Positions 1 to 14,693 of a stretch of 64,000 bases of DNA are shown here, in pieces. The stretch's first letter is position 1. Each line of letters starts with the position of its first letter. The position numbers were made by a program, and so were the translations under genes. The notes beneath the pieces were generated by a model. It was given only the letters and a program-made list of their open reading frames with translations, had not been told where the DNA came from and made no database searches. The DNA is from the human T2T-CHM13v2.0 reference genome, Homo sapiens. The stretch lies in the NCBI RefSeq assembly GCF_009914755.1, contig NC_060932.1, one strand, 5' to 3'.

Positions 1-484
1 TGTTGCTTTTGCAATGAGCTCAAGTGTTATAAGTTTCTGCCTAAAACACCATGGGACACTAATCATCTCCACCTGACCAGTGTATCTCTCCAGTAAATTG
101 TGTATCACAATAAAAAGAGATATTTTGTTGTTCTTGCATATTTTTCATTGTGTTTAGTGCAATAATATATATCCTGAATATCACCATGTGACCCATATGA
201 AGTGTGACTAGTAATGCTGGAAATGCTCCTAAGAAGCAGAGAAAAGTCATGACATTACAAGAAAAAGGTGAATTGCTTGATATGTGCCATAGATGGAGTC
301 TCCCACTGTGGTTATCCAGAATTTCAAGATAAATGAATCCGGTCTAAGAACTGTTGTTAAAAAAAAAAGAAAGAAAAAAGAAAAGAAAATTTATTAAGCA
401 GTCACTGCAGCTACACCAATAGGCATAAAAACCTTGCAATTTTGGTGAAATACCTTTTTATCTTGTATTGAAAGTGCAGCTTTT

Positions 485-632
485 CCTAATGCTATCCTAA
501 TGCTATCCCTCCTAATGTTAAATGACGAGTTAATGGGTGCAGCACACCAACATGGCACATGTATACATATGTGACAAAACTGCACATTGTGCACATGTAC
601 CCTAAAACTTAAATTATAATAATAAACAAAAA
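485..632 (+). mobile_element. Very short L1PA4-like 3' end with 5' micro-inversion
   Basis: cctaatgttaaatgacgagttaatgggtgcagcacacc...A-rich tail; 17-bp TSD gaaagtgcagcttttcc at 470-486 and 633-649. Confidence 0.88.
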
Positions 633-1924
633 GAAAGTGCAGCTTTTCCGTGGATGCAGGATTTCTATAAGAAAGTTATAACCGTAGACTTTAATATAAT
701 TTGAGAAAAAGTTATTATATGGCAACTTAAAGCAAAAGGAAGGTAGAGGATTAAAATTTGGAGAATTTAATTCCAGCAAAGTATGGTTTGATAATTTTAG
801 AAAGAGGTAGGACTTTAAAAATTTCAAGATAACAGGAGAAGTAGCTTCTGCGACCAAGAGGCAGGAGATAAATTAGGAAGACTGAACAGGTTTTTAATGC
901 AGACGAAAGTGCTCTATTCTGGGGTGAAAAAGCCAAAAAACAAAGCACTTAATAATAAGAAATAAAAGTGAGCATTAGGATTTAAGGCAGGAAGGAATAG
1001 GCTAACCCTACTGTTTTGTGCAAATGCAGTCAGGCTTAGAATCAGGACTGCCCTTATCTATGAACCTGCTAACTCTCAAGCCTTGAAGAAAAATTATAAA
1101 TACTAGCTGCCAGTCTTTTGGTTGTGCAACAGGAAGGCATGAACAATGAGAATGCTTTTCTGGAGGGGTTTCATCAATGCTTTGTCATGTTATGCATGAA
1201 TTCACAGGATTTAAAACACAGCCAATCAAGGAAATCATGAAAGAGACTGTGGATATGGAAAAAAAAAAAGTGGGGTTTAAAGGATTTCAAGATATGGATC
1301 TTGAGAAATTCAAGAGCCAACAGATGCCACACCAGAGGAATTAACAGAAGACGATTTGATCTGGAGATGAGTGCTTCCAAACCAGTGCCAGACAATGAGG
1401 AAAAATTGTTGAAGAAGCCGTGCCAGAAAATAGATTGACATTAGACAATCTGGTAGAAGAGTTTTGATTATTAAGGACTCCTTTTGATTTCTTTTATGAC
1501 AGGGGCCCTTTTATGATACAAGCACTTAAACTAAAGCAACTAGTAAAAGAAGGATTGGTAACATATAGAAACATTTTGAGAGAAATTAAAAAGCAAATAG
1601 TCAGACAGAAAATACAATGTATTTCTGTAATGTTACACAAAGTGTACTTGCCTCTCCTGTCTCCCCTTCTGCTTCCTCTACTTCTTTCTCCTCTGCCACC
1701 TTTGAGACAGCAACACCAACCCCTTGTTTTCCTCCCAGTCCTCAGCCCACTCAACCTGAAGACCATGAGGATGAAAACATTTATGATGATTCACTTCCAC
1801 TTGATGAATAGTAAATATATTTTCTCTTTCTTATGATTTTCTTAATGAAATTTTTCTCTAGTTTAAGAATACAGTATATAATACATATAACATACAAAAT
1901 ACATGTTAATGAACTGTGCTATTA

Positions 1925-2276
<352 letters not shown>

Positions 2277-2577
2277 TTAAGAAGTCAAAAGTTATATACA
2301 GATTTCTGACTATTGCAGGGGTTGGCATCTGACCTTCGATGTTCAAGTGTCAACAGTATATTGATTCCTAACAGTAAATCATAGTTACACCCCCTTTTTT
2401 ATGTAGTGCTGGGTTTATTTGCCATTATTTCATTTTAGAATTTACATCTATTTTCATAAAAGAAATCGTTCTATTTTTTGTCAGTATCTTTTGCCAGGGT
2501 TTGTTAACAGGGTAATTTAATTGTTTTGTTTATTATTTATATTAACTGTAGGTTTTTCCCTTTTTAATTTTATGGAA

Positions 2578-2874
2578 TTTTTTTTTTCCTGATAGGATCT
2601 CACTCGGATGCCCAGGCTTGAGTGCAGTGGCACAATCATGGTTCACTGCAGCCTCAACCTCCCGGGACTCAGGTGATGCTCCTACATCAGCCTCCCGGGT
2701 AGCTGGGACTACAGGCATGCCCCACCATGCCTGGCTAAATTTTTTTGTATTTTTTATAGAGATGAGATTTTGCCATGTTGCCTAGGCTGGTCTTGAACTC
2801 CTGGGCTCAAGTGATCTGCCCACTTTGGCTTCCCAAAGTGCGGGGATTACAGGTGTGAGCGACCCCTCCTGGCT
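2578..2874 (-). mobile_element. AluJ-type element
   Basis: Antisense Alu dimer with J-type segments (ctcctgggctcaagtgatc). Confidence 0.9.
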
Positions 2875-3147
2875 CAGAACAACTTTTAAAAATAGAATTT
2901 ATCTTTTTCTTGAAAGCTTTGAATAATTCAACTGTAAAATAGAGTGGATGGGTAACTTTTGAAAAAAATTTCTTTAACAGGATTTTAAATTTCATATTTA
3001 TTGATTTATTCAGATTTTCTCTTCTTGAGTCAGTTTTGGAAACTTTAATTTTCTATGGGTATCAAGAATTTCAAGATTTTCAAAATTATTATTATATAAT
3101 TTTATATATAACATTCACTTATACTTTTAAAAAATCTGTTTCTATGA

Positions 3148-5128
3148 AGAAAAAGAAATAAAGCACACCCAAGTAGGAAGACAGCAAGTCAAACTATCCT
3201 TGTTTGCAGACGACGTGATTCCATATCTAGAAAACCCCTTAGTCTTGGCCTTAAAGCTCTTTCAGCTATGACTTTAGCAAAGTTTCAGGATACAAAATCA
3301 ATGTACAAAAATCACTAGCATTTCTATACCAACAGCAGCCAAGCCGAGAGTCAAGTCAGGAAGAAAATTCCATTCGCAATTACCACAAAAAGAATAAAAT
3401 ACCTGGGAATACAGCTAAACAGAAAGGTGAAAGATCTCTACAATGAGAATTACAAAACACTGCTCAAAGAAACCAGAGAAAACACAAAAAAAGAAAAACA
3501 TCCCATGCTCATGGATAGGAAGAATCAATATCATTAAAATGGACATATTGACCAAAGGAATTTATAGATTCAACACTATTCCTATCAAATTACCAATGGC
3601 ATTCTTCACAGAACTAGAAAAAACTATTTTAAAATTCATATGAACCAAAAAAGGGCCCCAATAGCCAAGGCAATCCTAAACAAAAAGAATAAGCTGGAGG
3701 CATCACATTACTTTATTCAAATTATAATGCGGGGTTACAGTAACCGAAACAGCATGGTACTGGTACAAAAACAGACACATAGAACAATGGAACAGAATAG
3801 AGAACCCAGAAATAGAGCTGCACACCTACAGCCATCTGATCTTCAACAAAGTCAACAAAAACAAGGAATAAAAAAAGAACTCTCTACTCAATAAATGGTG
3901 CTGGAAAAATTGATGAACCATATGCAGGGAATGAAACTGGACTCCTACCTCTCACCATAAACAAAAACTGACTTAAGATAGATCAAAGACTTAAATATAA
4001 AACCCAAAACTATAAAAACCCTGGAAGAGAAGCTAGGCAATACCATCCTGGACCTAGCAGCGGGCAAAGATTTCATGACAAAGGCACTAAAAACAATTGC
4101 AACAAAAGCAAAAATTGACAGATGGGATCTAAATAAACTTAAGAGCCTCTGCACAGCACAAGAAACTATCAATAGAGTAAACAGACAACCTACAGAATGG
4201 GAGAAAATACTTGCAAACTATGCTTCTGACAAAGCTCTAATATTCAGCCTCTATAAGGAACTTCAACAAATTTACAAGAGAAAAACAAATGCCCTCATGG
4301 GGAAAGAACATGAACAGACACTTTCAAAAGAAGACATACATGCGGCCAAGAAGCATATTTAAAAAAAGCTCAATATCACTGATCATTAGAGAAATGCAAA
4401 TCAAAACCACAATGAGATACCATCTGACACCAGTCACAATGGCTATCAAAAAATAACAGATGCTGGTGAGGTTGCAGAGAAAAGTGAACACTTATACATT
4501 GTTACTGGGAGTAAAATTACTTCAACCATTGTGGAAAGCAGTATGGTGATTCTTCAAAGAGCTAAAAGCAGAACTATCATTCAACCCAGCAATCCCATTA
4601 CTGAGTATATACCCAGAGGAATATAAATCATTATATTATAAAGACACGTGCACATGTATGTTCATTGCAGAACTATTCACAATGGCAAAGACATGGAATC
4701 AACCTAAATATGAATCATTGACAAACTGGATAAAGACAATGTGGTACATATACACCATGGAATATTATGCAGCCATAACAAATAATGAGATAATGTCTTT
4801 TGTGGAAACATGGATGAAGCTGGAGGCTATCATCCTTAGGAAACTAATGTAGAAATATAAAATCAAATACTGTATATTCTCATTTACAAGTGGGAGCTAA
4901 ATAATAAGAACTTATGAACACAAAGAAGGAAACAACTTTAGACACTGGAGACTAATTGAAGGTGGAGGGTGGGAAGAGGGAGAGGAGCAGAAAAGATAAC
5001 TATTGAGTACTGGCCTTAATGCCCAGGTGATGTAATAATATGTACAACAAACCCTCATGACACCTGTTTATCTATGTAACAAATGTTCACATGTACCCAC
5101 AAACCTAAAATAAAAATTAAAATAAAAG
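3148..5128 (+). mobile_element. 5'-truncated older L1PA (L1PA13-16-like): decayed 3' half of ORF2 + 3'UTR
   Basis: FADD-coding tttgcagacgac at ~3204; ORF2-like peptide fragments ([32 protein letters not shown]) split by frameshifts; L1 3'UTR and A-rich tail. Confidence 0.93.
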
Positions 5129-5272
5129 ATCACCAATGTTTTTACAAAAAAAGTAAATAAAAAAGCAAGCTTTTAGATTTATTAATTTTATTCTTTTTTG
5201 TTTTCTGTGTCATTTCTTAAATCTATAAAAGCATATTCCCCTCCAAATATGTTTCTATTGGGCCTAGGATTT

Positions 5273-5750
5273 GTAGCAGTAGCTGTTAGTTGCTTACCCA
5301 ATACTCAGGCTCAACTTTTAAACTAAATAACAGAATCCTGATATTAATTTGGACAGCAATATGTCTTTTTTGAAAACTGCATTTCCCAGTCTCCTTTCAA
5401 GGTAAGTGTGACCATGTCACAATGTCCTGACCAATGAATTGTAAATAGAAGGTGGAGGGTGAGACTTCCAGATGGGCTTTTAAGGGAGTTTAACTTTGCC
5501 TTTCCTACTTCCTTCTGCTGGAGTATGGATGTAATGGCCAGAGATTCAGTAGCCATCTTGTGATTTTGAGAATGTCATCAATGTTCAAAGGATTGTATTG
5601 CAGAGGGTTAGCAGAAGGAACTTGGGTCTCTAATGTCTTATGAGACCTCCAGACCAGACTTGGGATGCTCACCTCTGGATTTATTTTTTCATATGGGAGA
5701 GAAATAAATTTGTCATCTCATTCTGTTTCACCACAACCTATTGTCAACCT
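5273..5750. mobile_element. Old MaLR LTR (MLT1I/J-like)
   Basis: Motifs aacagaatcctga, actgcatttcccagtctcc, gtaatggccagagattcagtagccatcttg. Confidence 0.55.
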
Positions 5751-5994
5751 AGTAGCCACATTTACACTTTTAAAGTGAAAATCAGATTACGGTTCTCCTT
5801 TGTCCTAATCATTATTTGTCTTCACTTCTAATTTGGTGATTATTGATATTGGCTTTTTTGGTTTGATGCTTTTGTCTTAATATCTTTCATAATGCTTTAA
5901 TTTTTCACCTTTTTCTGTCATTCGGTTTTAGGTGTGACATAAATTGATTAGTATAAAATTTAACTTTGTTTAAATTCAGTATTTAATAATGAGA

Positions 5995-6230
5995 GTTTTT
6001 ATTGAATACTTACTGTGTGTACTGTGCCAACCACTTTTACATGTTTATTTTTCTGTTTTATCTTCAAACTGTCATAGATTTTTATCATAAGTTATCAGGT
6101 ATACTCTTATCACCATTTTATAGATAAGAGAATTGAGGCTAAAAGAGGTAAAGTGATTTGTCCAATATAAAGCAGAGAAATAATTTGAACTGAAATATCT
6201 CCAAGTCCTAAGATTTGCTCTGCCATCTTA
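5995..6230 (-). mobile_element. MIR SINE
   Basis: Core ccattttatagataagagaattgaggctaaaagaggtaaagtgatttgtcca. Confidence 0.7.
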
Positions 6231-6752
6231 GAGAGTCCATGACTTGTACACATGTACTGTACAAGTACTGTTTCATTAGTATTTATGATTATCTTATATT
6301 ATGTAATGTTTTTTGTTGTTGTTCAATTTTTTTTCCATTTTGCTTTATTCAAATTTTCCTTCAATTTCTGTAATTTATCTACTGAGGGGCTGGACTAACC
6401 AATATAGTCAGAGATTTTCTGGAAAAGCAGGACTAGTTTATTCTAGACTAGAGAGCTTGGAATAATCACATTGTTATCAAGATGCCTGCACATGGCGCCC
6501 TGCATAGTGTTGGACAGAGGAAGGATGTGAAGGAGAAAGAAAAGGGGATAAGCCCGGGTGGCTTTCTCCTTCTGTTACTTTCTGAAGAGGAATTCCTAGA
6601 GGTCTGAGAAATTTACATTTGAACCTGCCTTCAGGTTGTTATGGAGGACATATTTTTCAGAACAGAACTGACATTTTATTTAACAGTTTGTTAACTGGAT
6701 TTGTAATTTTAAGATATTTGAAAAGATGGTTTGTCAGTTTCCATTTGTACTC

Positions 6753-6890
6753 TTTTTAAAATTATTTTAATAGCTTTTAGGGTACAAATGGTTTTTTTGT
6801 TAGATGGATGAATTATATAGCAGTGAATTCTGAGATTTTAGTGTACCCATCACCCCAGTAGTGAATATGGAACCTAATGTGTAGCTTTTA
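6753..6890 (-). mobile_element. L1PB-type 3' end fragment
   Basis: ggatgaattatatagcagtgaattctgagattttagtgtacccatcacc resembles the antisense L1PB1 3' end. Confidence 0.65.
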
Positions 6891-6992
6891 AATTATAAAT
6901 TTGGGGTAGTGATCCACCTCAATTTGAGAGAGTTACTGGGAAAGGTAGATCATCTGAAGAAGCCCAGACTTCCATTATGGTGGAGGAGGAGC

Positions 6993-7562
6993 TGTAGTAG
7001 GCAGAAAAATGGCTCCCTCAAATATCCTAATACTCCCAATCCCTAATCCCCAGGATCTGTGAATATGTTATTTTACAAGGCAAAAGGGACTTAGCAGATG
7101 TGATTATGTTTAAGGATTTTAAAGCAGGGAAATTATCCTGGATTATCTTGGTGGACCCAATCTAATCATATTGAGGCCTTAAAACATGAGAGCTTCTTAT
7201 AGCTGTGGTCAGTGAGAGATGGCAACGTGAGAAGGGTCTAACACCCTGATTCTGAGACATACGACCATGAGCAACGACCAGAAAGAAGCTTCTAGGAGCT
7301 AAAGGTCCCCATTGCCAGTCAGCAAGAAAACACAGCTCTAATCCTGCAACTGTGAAAAACCGAATTCTGCTCATAGACAAATGAGGAGGACACAGATCTC
7401 CCTAGAACCTCCAGACAGGAACACAACCTGCCAATACTTTGATTTTAGCCTGGTGAGACTCATACAGGACTTCTGACTTAAGAACTGTAAGATAATAGAT
7501 TTATGTGGTTTTAAGCCACTACGTTTGTGGTAATTTGTTAGACCAGCAAGATAAAACTAACA
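6993..7562 (+). mobile_element. MLT1D-like solo LTR
   Basis: tgtagtaggcagaaaaatggc...aaaagggacttagcagatgtgatt...ttttaagccactacgtttgtggtaatttgtt. Confidence 0.8.
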
Positions 7563-7684
7563 TTGGGACCACTGTGGGAATAAATTAAGGCATTAAAGTA
7601 ATTTACTGACCAAAGAATGGGGATTTTAGGGAAAAGATTGAAAATGTCTAGGGGGATACTGACAAAGGCTTCTTGAATTTCTGA

Positions 7685-7824
7685 AAATGTATGGATGATT
7701 TATTTTTTAAGTGTCATACCTTCTCTCATAAACTTACATGGCAATATAAATTTGGAGTCTTATATTGCCATGTAAGTTTATGAGAGAAGGTATGACACTT
7801 AAAAAATAAATCATCCATACATTT
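7685..7824. repeat. Perfect inverted repeat: 65-bp arms, 10-nt spacer
   Basis: 7685-7749 is the exact reverse complement of 7760-7824, checked base by base; extends to 7677/7831 with a 1-nt bulge. Confidence 0.97.
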
Positions 7825-7980
7825 CAGAAATGTGTTAAAATAGAAATGATGTAATATGAAAAATATGAAACATCAGTTTGACAATTAGTCCTTAAAATTT
7901 TATAAACTAAAATTAACACTGTATTTTTATATTAATAAAATTCCACAAACCCATTGCTTTTTGTAATTAAAAAAATTTTA

Positions 7981-8357
<377 letters not shown>

Positions 8358-9219
8358 TTAACTTTTGGCTTCCAGTCTACTTTTTCAATCTAGAAATATT
8401 CTAGAAATGACTTAGTCTTAGCCTCAGGGTAGAGCCCGGCTCATATGACCTCTTGAAAACTGCTCAAAAGAAAGGAAAAAAGACAGAAACAGGAACCAGA
8501 CAAGAAAAAAAACCCTGCCTCTCTGAACCTTCTGTGATTTCATAGCACGAATGAGTTCCAATCCATTCCATTTCCATTCTAGTCCTGTATGCCCCACTTG
8601 TTTGGGAAAATTGTTCCTGACAGAGGGAAGGAAACAGACGGGAACTTGCCTGCGTTTTGCTGAGGTGCAGAAGAGATCTTTCCCAGAATTTCCTCCTGGC
8701 AAAAGCAGATCTTTCAATTTACATAAAAGTGACTGTGTTTTTCCTTTTACACGTACCCTTTTGATTTACATTCTTCCTTATTGACTCACTTCTTCCTGGC
8801 GTGTTAAAAATCACTCCTCAAATTCTAGAATGACTGAGAGTCCTCTCTGGCTCTTTTTCAAGCCATGCTTCTTCCTGACCACACTCTTTCTCATCAAAGG
8901 CTGCTTCGTTGTCATGACTGGCCTAGAGAATGGGCTCCTGCAGAGGCGTTCTCTGTGGACCTATTCTCTCTGCATGTTGGGGAAGTAAAACTTACTTATT
9001 GCACAAGTCCCTGTATGATATTTTAGTACCTAATATATTTTAAATATTATTTTTGTTAAAGAAATCAAATGTATTAAAAACAGCATTCTAGACAGGAGAA
9101 TGTCAACTTTAAGAATAAAGAATGAGGATGATTTAGGGAAGACTTACAAACAAAATAAATGCATTAAGCTTTTGTATATTTAAATTGATGGAGAACACAG
9201 AAGTCAATAATAAAAGGAC

Positions 9220-9425
9220 CATAGGTTTGAAATGAGATCGAACTACCTTTCACGTGAACATAAGTTCCATAACCTATTAGCTCTGTGACCTTTGGCTTAA
9301 CACTTAACCTCTCGGAGTCTCAGGTTTATTGTTGCGATTGTCCCCATCTCTAAAATGGTGATATCTACATTATAAGGCAGTTGTTGTGAGAATTAAAACA
9401 CAATAATTCCTGACACATTGAACAA
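9220..9425 (+). mobile_element. MIR SINE
   Basis: tattagctctgtgacctttggc...cacttaacctctcggagtctcag...catctctaaaatgg. Confidence 0.65.
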
Positions 9426-11134
9426 CTGTTTACTATCCTTTATGTGCATTAAGTGGGGGAACTCTGTCTTCTCACTTTGTTTTTCTCATGCTAAACATAG
9501 CAGCTACTGGCAGACATGCAAAAGATACACAATGAATGACTGAACAAGAGCAGTGGTGCAAATAACCTAGAATATCTGATAACTGGAGTGAATGGTATTC
9601 CTAGTGGTGGAAGTTTCCATGTGGCTTTCCATGGAATGAAATTTACATGATTCATGGTTAGCCATTATTTGCAATTAGATTGCACTGCTTGGGAATACAG
9701 AGGTGGAGCAGAAGGCCACTCGAGACCTTGCTGAACAATTAAGGGGCAACTGGCGCAGGACTAACAACCCTTATAAAAACTACATAGAAGTCAATAATTA
9801 TGCCAATCCTTTTATACACATTCTCTTTTTCTTAATTTTTAACACCAGAATCAATGGATCCAGGCTAACACCTATGTAATATTATACTGTAGTTAGAGCT
9901 TTTCTTTTGGCATATTCAAATAAAGTATTTGTATCTTATAGGGCATTTTGGCCCACTTTGGGATTTTGATTCTTTTCTCCACAAAATCTTTAATCTCAGA
10001 GTATGAAAAGAACCCTAAAATCCAGAATTGAGCAAAAATTAATTGCAATGGCAGCTTCCATTTATAATGTCTAGCGCCCATGGTTTTTATAACGGGCTTT
10101 CACTTATTTAAAACCCTGTAGTGGGACTATCTTTGAGGTAAAACTTGGAGATCTTTTATTTAATGAAGATAGTAACCCAAAGAATAAGATAAACATTACC
10201 AGTGATTAGGAAAGTAATTGTTTTGAAAACAATATTATGGGTTATTACCAGTATTATTTTTAATCTGGATTGCTGTGGGTTGCACATAACCAAAAATCAC
10301 TCATAAATATTTTAAAGCCATATACTTTGAGGACAGTCAATTAAATCTAAACGATACACTTGTTTTAAAATGACATATTTAAGCCTTCAGCTACAAGGGC
10401 TCTTTAAACTTTAGAATGGCATCATGTTTTAGTGGATCAATTGCACCAGAGAATGAATATGAATCATGCTTAATTTTATTAATCTATTTATATTGCTGCT
10501 TATTGTCTGAATCATCAAAATATTTTTGACTTTTAAGGAACCTAATGTTTTGCTGTTCTTTTGTTTGCAATAATTTAATTTAAGAAATTCATATCATATG
10601 TCACTTGTAAATGCCTACTATGAGTGGGAAAAGTAATTAAAGACTTGTGATGACAAATATTTCCACTCCTGATAGAATAAACCCAATGGATTTAAGCAAT
10701 TTAACAAATAATTTAGCTTGTAATTTGTGTAGCAGTAACTATAATGAAGAAGAGAATCAGATTATATTTTTCAAAAGAAACAGAACAAACATTTTTATTT
10801 AATTAAGTTGATTCATTAGTATATTATCATGACTAGCACAGTAAGGAAAGTAATTGTTAAATAATTAAATATAGAGGCACTCAGTAGTACAATATTGCAT
10901 TGTTTTAATCAAAGTATCAGCTCCAATAATGTAGATACCAATGTGTTAAGGACCTGGGACAAGGAAAGTCAAATAGGTTTAGGGGACAGAGATGGTGGAA
11001 AGCATAGAAGTAGGTAAAGGGTAGAGATGATTCAGTGGTTAAGGCTGAGCTAGGGTTCTGAAAGCAAGTCCAAAAGGTAGGTAAGATAGAGGGAAAGAAA
11101 AGAGGGGAGGCTTATAATACAATATAAAAAGAAA

Positions 11135-11325
11135 ATGTGCTTTGGAGTCCAATACGGATTGGTTCAAATCTCAGTTCCACTGATTACTTACAATATGACA
11201 TCAGAGACCTAGTGAGCCTGTTTTCTCATTTGTGAAATGTGGATAATAATGTTTGCCTCTTATGGTTAGTTTAGGTATTAAGATAGATAACTTGCATAAA
11301 ACACCAACACAATACTTACTAAATG
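11135..11325 (+). mobile_element. MIR SINE
   Basis: gctttggagtc...ggttcaaatctcagttccact...ttttctcatttgtgaaatgtggataataat. Confidence 0.7.
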
Positions 11326-11578
11326 ACACTTTTTTGTGACCTTGATACAGCATTCCATATTTATCTCATGTGTTCTCACCATGAAGGATTATCTTTGAAT
11401 TAGTTCCCACTCTTCAGGAACTTACATTTTAATACACAAGAGAATGTGTACACAAACAATGACTATAGCATGAAAAATAGGAATAATGAACTCAGCTTGG
11501 ATAGGCAAAAGAAACTGCACAGTGAAGGAGACACTTAATCCTTGTATATCCTATTATTGACTGCCTAAGGTAAGCATC

Positions 11579-11971
11579 TGTCTTAGTCTGCTCAGGCTGC
11601 CATTAAACAAAATACCACAGACTAGGTGGTGTTAAGTACTGTACTAGACATTTTTCTCATATTTCTAGAGGCTGGAAATCTGATATCAGAGTGCCTGCAC
11701 CCTCAGGTCCTAGTGAGAGGGCTCTTTCTGGCTTGCAGATGGACACCTTCTCACTGTGTCCTCACACGGTATTCCCTCAGTTCGTAGAGAGTGGAGAGAA
11801 AGAAAGATCTCTTCCTCTTAGAAAGCCACCAATCCCATCAGGTTAGGACTTCACCCTTATGACCTCATTTAACTGTAATTACCACCTACAATCCCTATCT
11901 CCAAATAAAGTCCCATTGGGAACTTGGGCTTCAATATATGAATGGGAGGGGGCACAGTTCAGTTCATAGCA
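11579..11971 (-). mobile_element. MLT1A-like solo LTR
   Basis: tgtcttagtctgctcaggctgcca...aaaataccacagactaggtgg...cacccttatgacctcatttaac...agttcatagca. Confidence 0.8.
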
Positions 11972-12569
11972 TCATCTAGTCAGAAGCAGGCACCAAGACT
12001 TTAGGATTAAGGGACAATGGATACAGAATCCATGGAGGGAGTCTGAGCAAAAGAAGTCAGAAGCCTGGACAAGTAGTCTTGTCCACTGGTTATTCTTTAC
12101 TAGAACTGGAATTCTTCACAATAAGGTAACAATTTTTCTCAGACTGGGGAAATTTTGCATATTTCCAATTTTTGGGGAAAAAGTCTCCAAGTGTGGCTAT
12201 CTGGGGCCTTGTGGGATAGCTCAGAGGGAGCACACAGTTGGATAAATAATGATGGTATAGAAAGGGATGATAGGGAAACAGGTAGAACTGCTATCTCATC
12301 CATCTTTGATTTTTCCATGGGGCCTGGTACACTCAGCAGGTGTTCAATACATGTCAGTTTAATCAACTTGATAGGAAAATCCAAATACCTAAAAAATAAA
12401 CTTTAGTTTTTGCCCCATTGGTGACAGATAGTATCTTCTTTTCAGAAGAAAAATAAAATAAAATTTCTGCTGTTTCAGGAAAGGTTAGGTATTTGTTAAA
12501 ATAGCTGACTTATCTCTTCTACAGAAGTTTATATATGTTCAACTCAATGAAGAATGGGTGTAATGACAG

Positions 12570-12932
12570 TGCCTTGGTCTAAATTCCAATTCCACTTCCT
12601 CTTCCGTATGCACAAGAGGACTGCATTGTGCAGCCTTCCTTACGGTTAGATTGGATCCACACAACCAAGTACTGGCCCATGGGATATGGGCAGCAGTGAT
12701 ACAAGCCACTTCCAGGCCTGCCTCTTAAATACAGCTTGTGTGGCTCTGAACCTCTCTCTTCACTGCTGCAGGTAGCATGCTGTCTTGGAGACCACTCATT
12801 CCATGTTGTGAAGTTGCAAGACTGAGGGGGCTCATCTAACCTGCATTGGCTTTGCACATATGAGAAGGAAATTTTTATTGTGTTAAAGACATTTAGATAT
12901 CAAGTATAGGTTAGCCTATTCTGACTAATACA
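12570..12932. mobile_element. Old MLT1-family LTR
   Basis: Degenerate match (gcagcagtgatacaagccacttccaggcctg...ttttattgtgttaa...ctgactaataca). Confidence 0.5.
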
Positions 12933-14693
12933 TTACCCTTTACATGAGTGAGGACATTTATTTTACCTTTTACTTACTTTTATTTTATTTGTTTTCAAAA
13001 TAGCTTGTCTCAACCTACTAAATTGATTAATCAATCCTAGGGGGCTATGATCTGTAGTTTGAAAAACACACTTTGGAGACTGCTAGAGTTCAGATAAGGT
13101 AAGAAATGCTTGCCATGAAAACAGATGGACTGAATTAAATTCCTAAAGACTTTGGGGCTGTGGTTCAGACTAATCACAATGAGATGGTTCCACTCTCTCC
13201 TTAGACAACTAATATCTCACCCTTCTCCTCATTGATTGGTAATAATGGGCACCAACTCTAGAGACTTGTCTTTTTCAAAATGCAGCAAATACTATTCAAA
13301 CAATGTTAATATTAATAATTCACTTCATAGAAAGAACAAAGAAATGAGATACTAATTTTAAAGTGACTGTGTTTCTTTTCTTCTGGATCTGTGATGTCAC
13401 AGACTGCCTTGTCCTGTTTTATTTTCATGCACTGTCTTCTTCACTCTAGGTTCCCTACCTTTCAATTCATATCTGTGGCCTCCTGGAGCAGCATGGCTGT
13501 GGTGCATCCCCAGGAACTATGATCTGTCCAGTTGCTCTTCCTCCTTGAGGTTTGAATCTTTTGGGATAAACTCGAAGCCAGTTATATATTGACCTTTCAA
13601 TTAACTCATATACTTAAGCTCCTTGTAAGAGAGGTTGTTCTTTATTATTTATTTTTAAGTAATATGTTACTCAAGCAAGAGGGTATTAAGCTTAAAGAGA
13701 GACAGCAGATCTCTACCACTTTTGAAAATGTAGGAAGTCTGGATACCTTAGTGTATTTTAGATTTAGATCTGTCTCAGCCCAACCTTCCATCTTTGGGTT
13801 TCAAATTATTTTAAACCTTTAGGAGGCTTTTTATCTACCCTGTCTCTACTTGAAAAATCAGAAAGGCTTGATGATAAGGAGCCAAGCAAGCTTTCTGCTG
13901 ATAAGAAGTTACATTAAACTTTTTTTTTGCATTAAAACATCTTGATGTTTCAACATAACATAGCAAAAGAAAATATAAGACACATTTAGAAGTAGCTTCT
14001 TCATAGGTTCAAATCCTCTCATGTTACTTAGTATGGGGGAAAATGATGAGTAAATGTTTCAGTAAATGTGGTCATGCTCTTATATGAAGATTCCACAATC
14101 TGTGGACTTGCAGAGCAGGAATATTAAAGTTCTTACAGTTTGAAAGTATATTAAATTCACTAAGTGCCAGACAATGAGCAAAAGGTATAAATAATATTGT
14201 AATCAAATGTGCTGCTGTACTTTACAACAAGGCAGAGTCTACTAAGAGTGGAAATGATAAATTTATATCACACTTTTAAGAATAGAAAAACTATCAGAAA
14301 TCATGGTGAAATTTAAAGTGCCATCTTTAGGGAATGTATTTGATTCACAATAAATAAATCCAAACTACTAGTTTCTACCTCGATTATGAAGAATGATTAG
14401 TATTTAAGACCACAGAAAATTGACATGAACTAGAAACAAAGATAATAGGTTGTTGGAGCCATGTTAGCTCCTGACATTTGCAAAGAAGTGGGAAGCATCA
14501 GAGTTATAAAGAAGTGGGAATCATCTGAAGCACACACACACACACAAACCCTGGAAGTCTATAGTGTTTCCTTTGTGGAGAGCAAATGGGAGAAAGAATA
14601 AAAGGTTCTTGAAGCCATGCCAAACGAATAAGGCATTTTTCCTTTTACTTAAATAGGAAACCATCAAAGAACCTTTAAAACAGTGTAGAGGCC

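Noticed and set aside
8555-8580. TTCCA pentamer run resembling satellite II/III
   Set aside because: Only about 4 imperfect units, compatible with chance.
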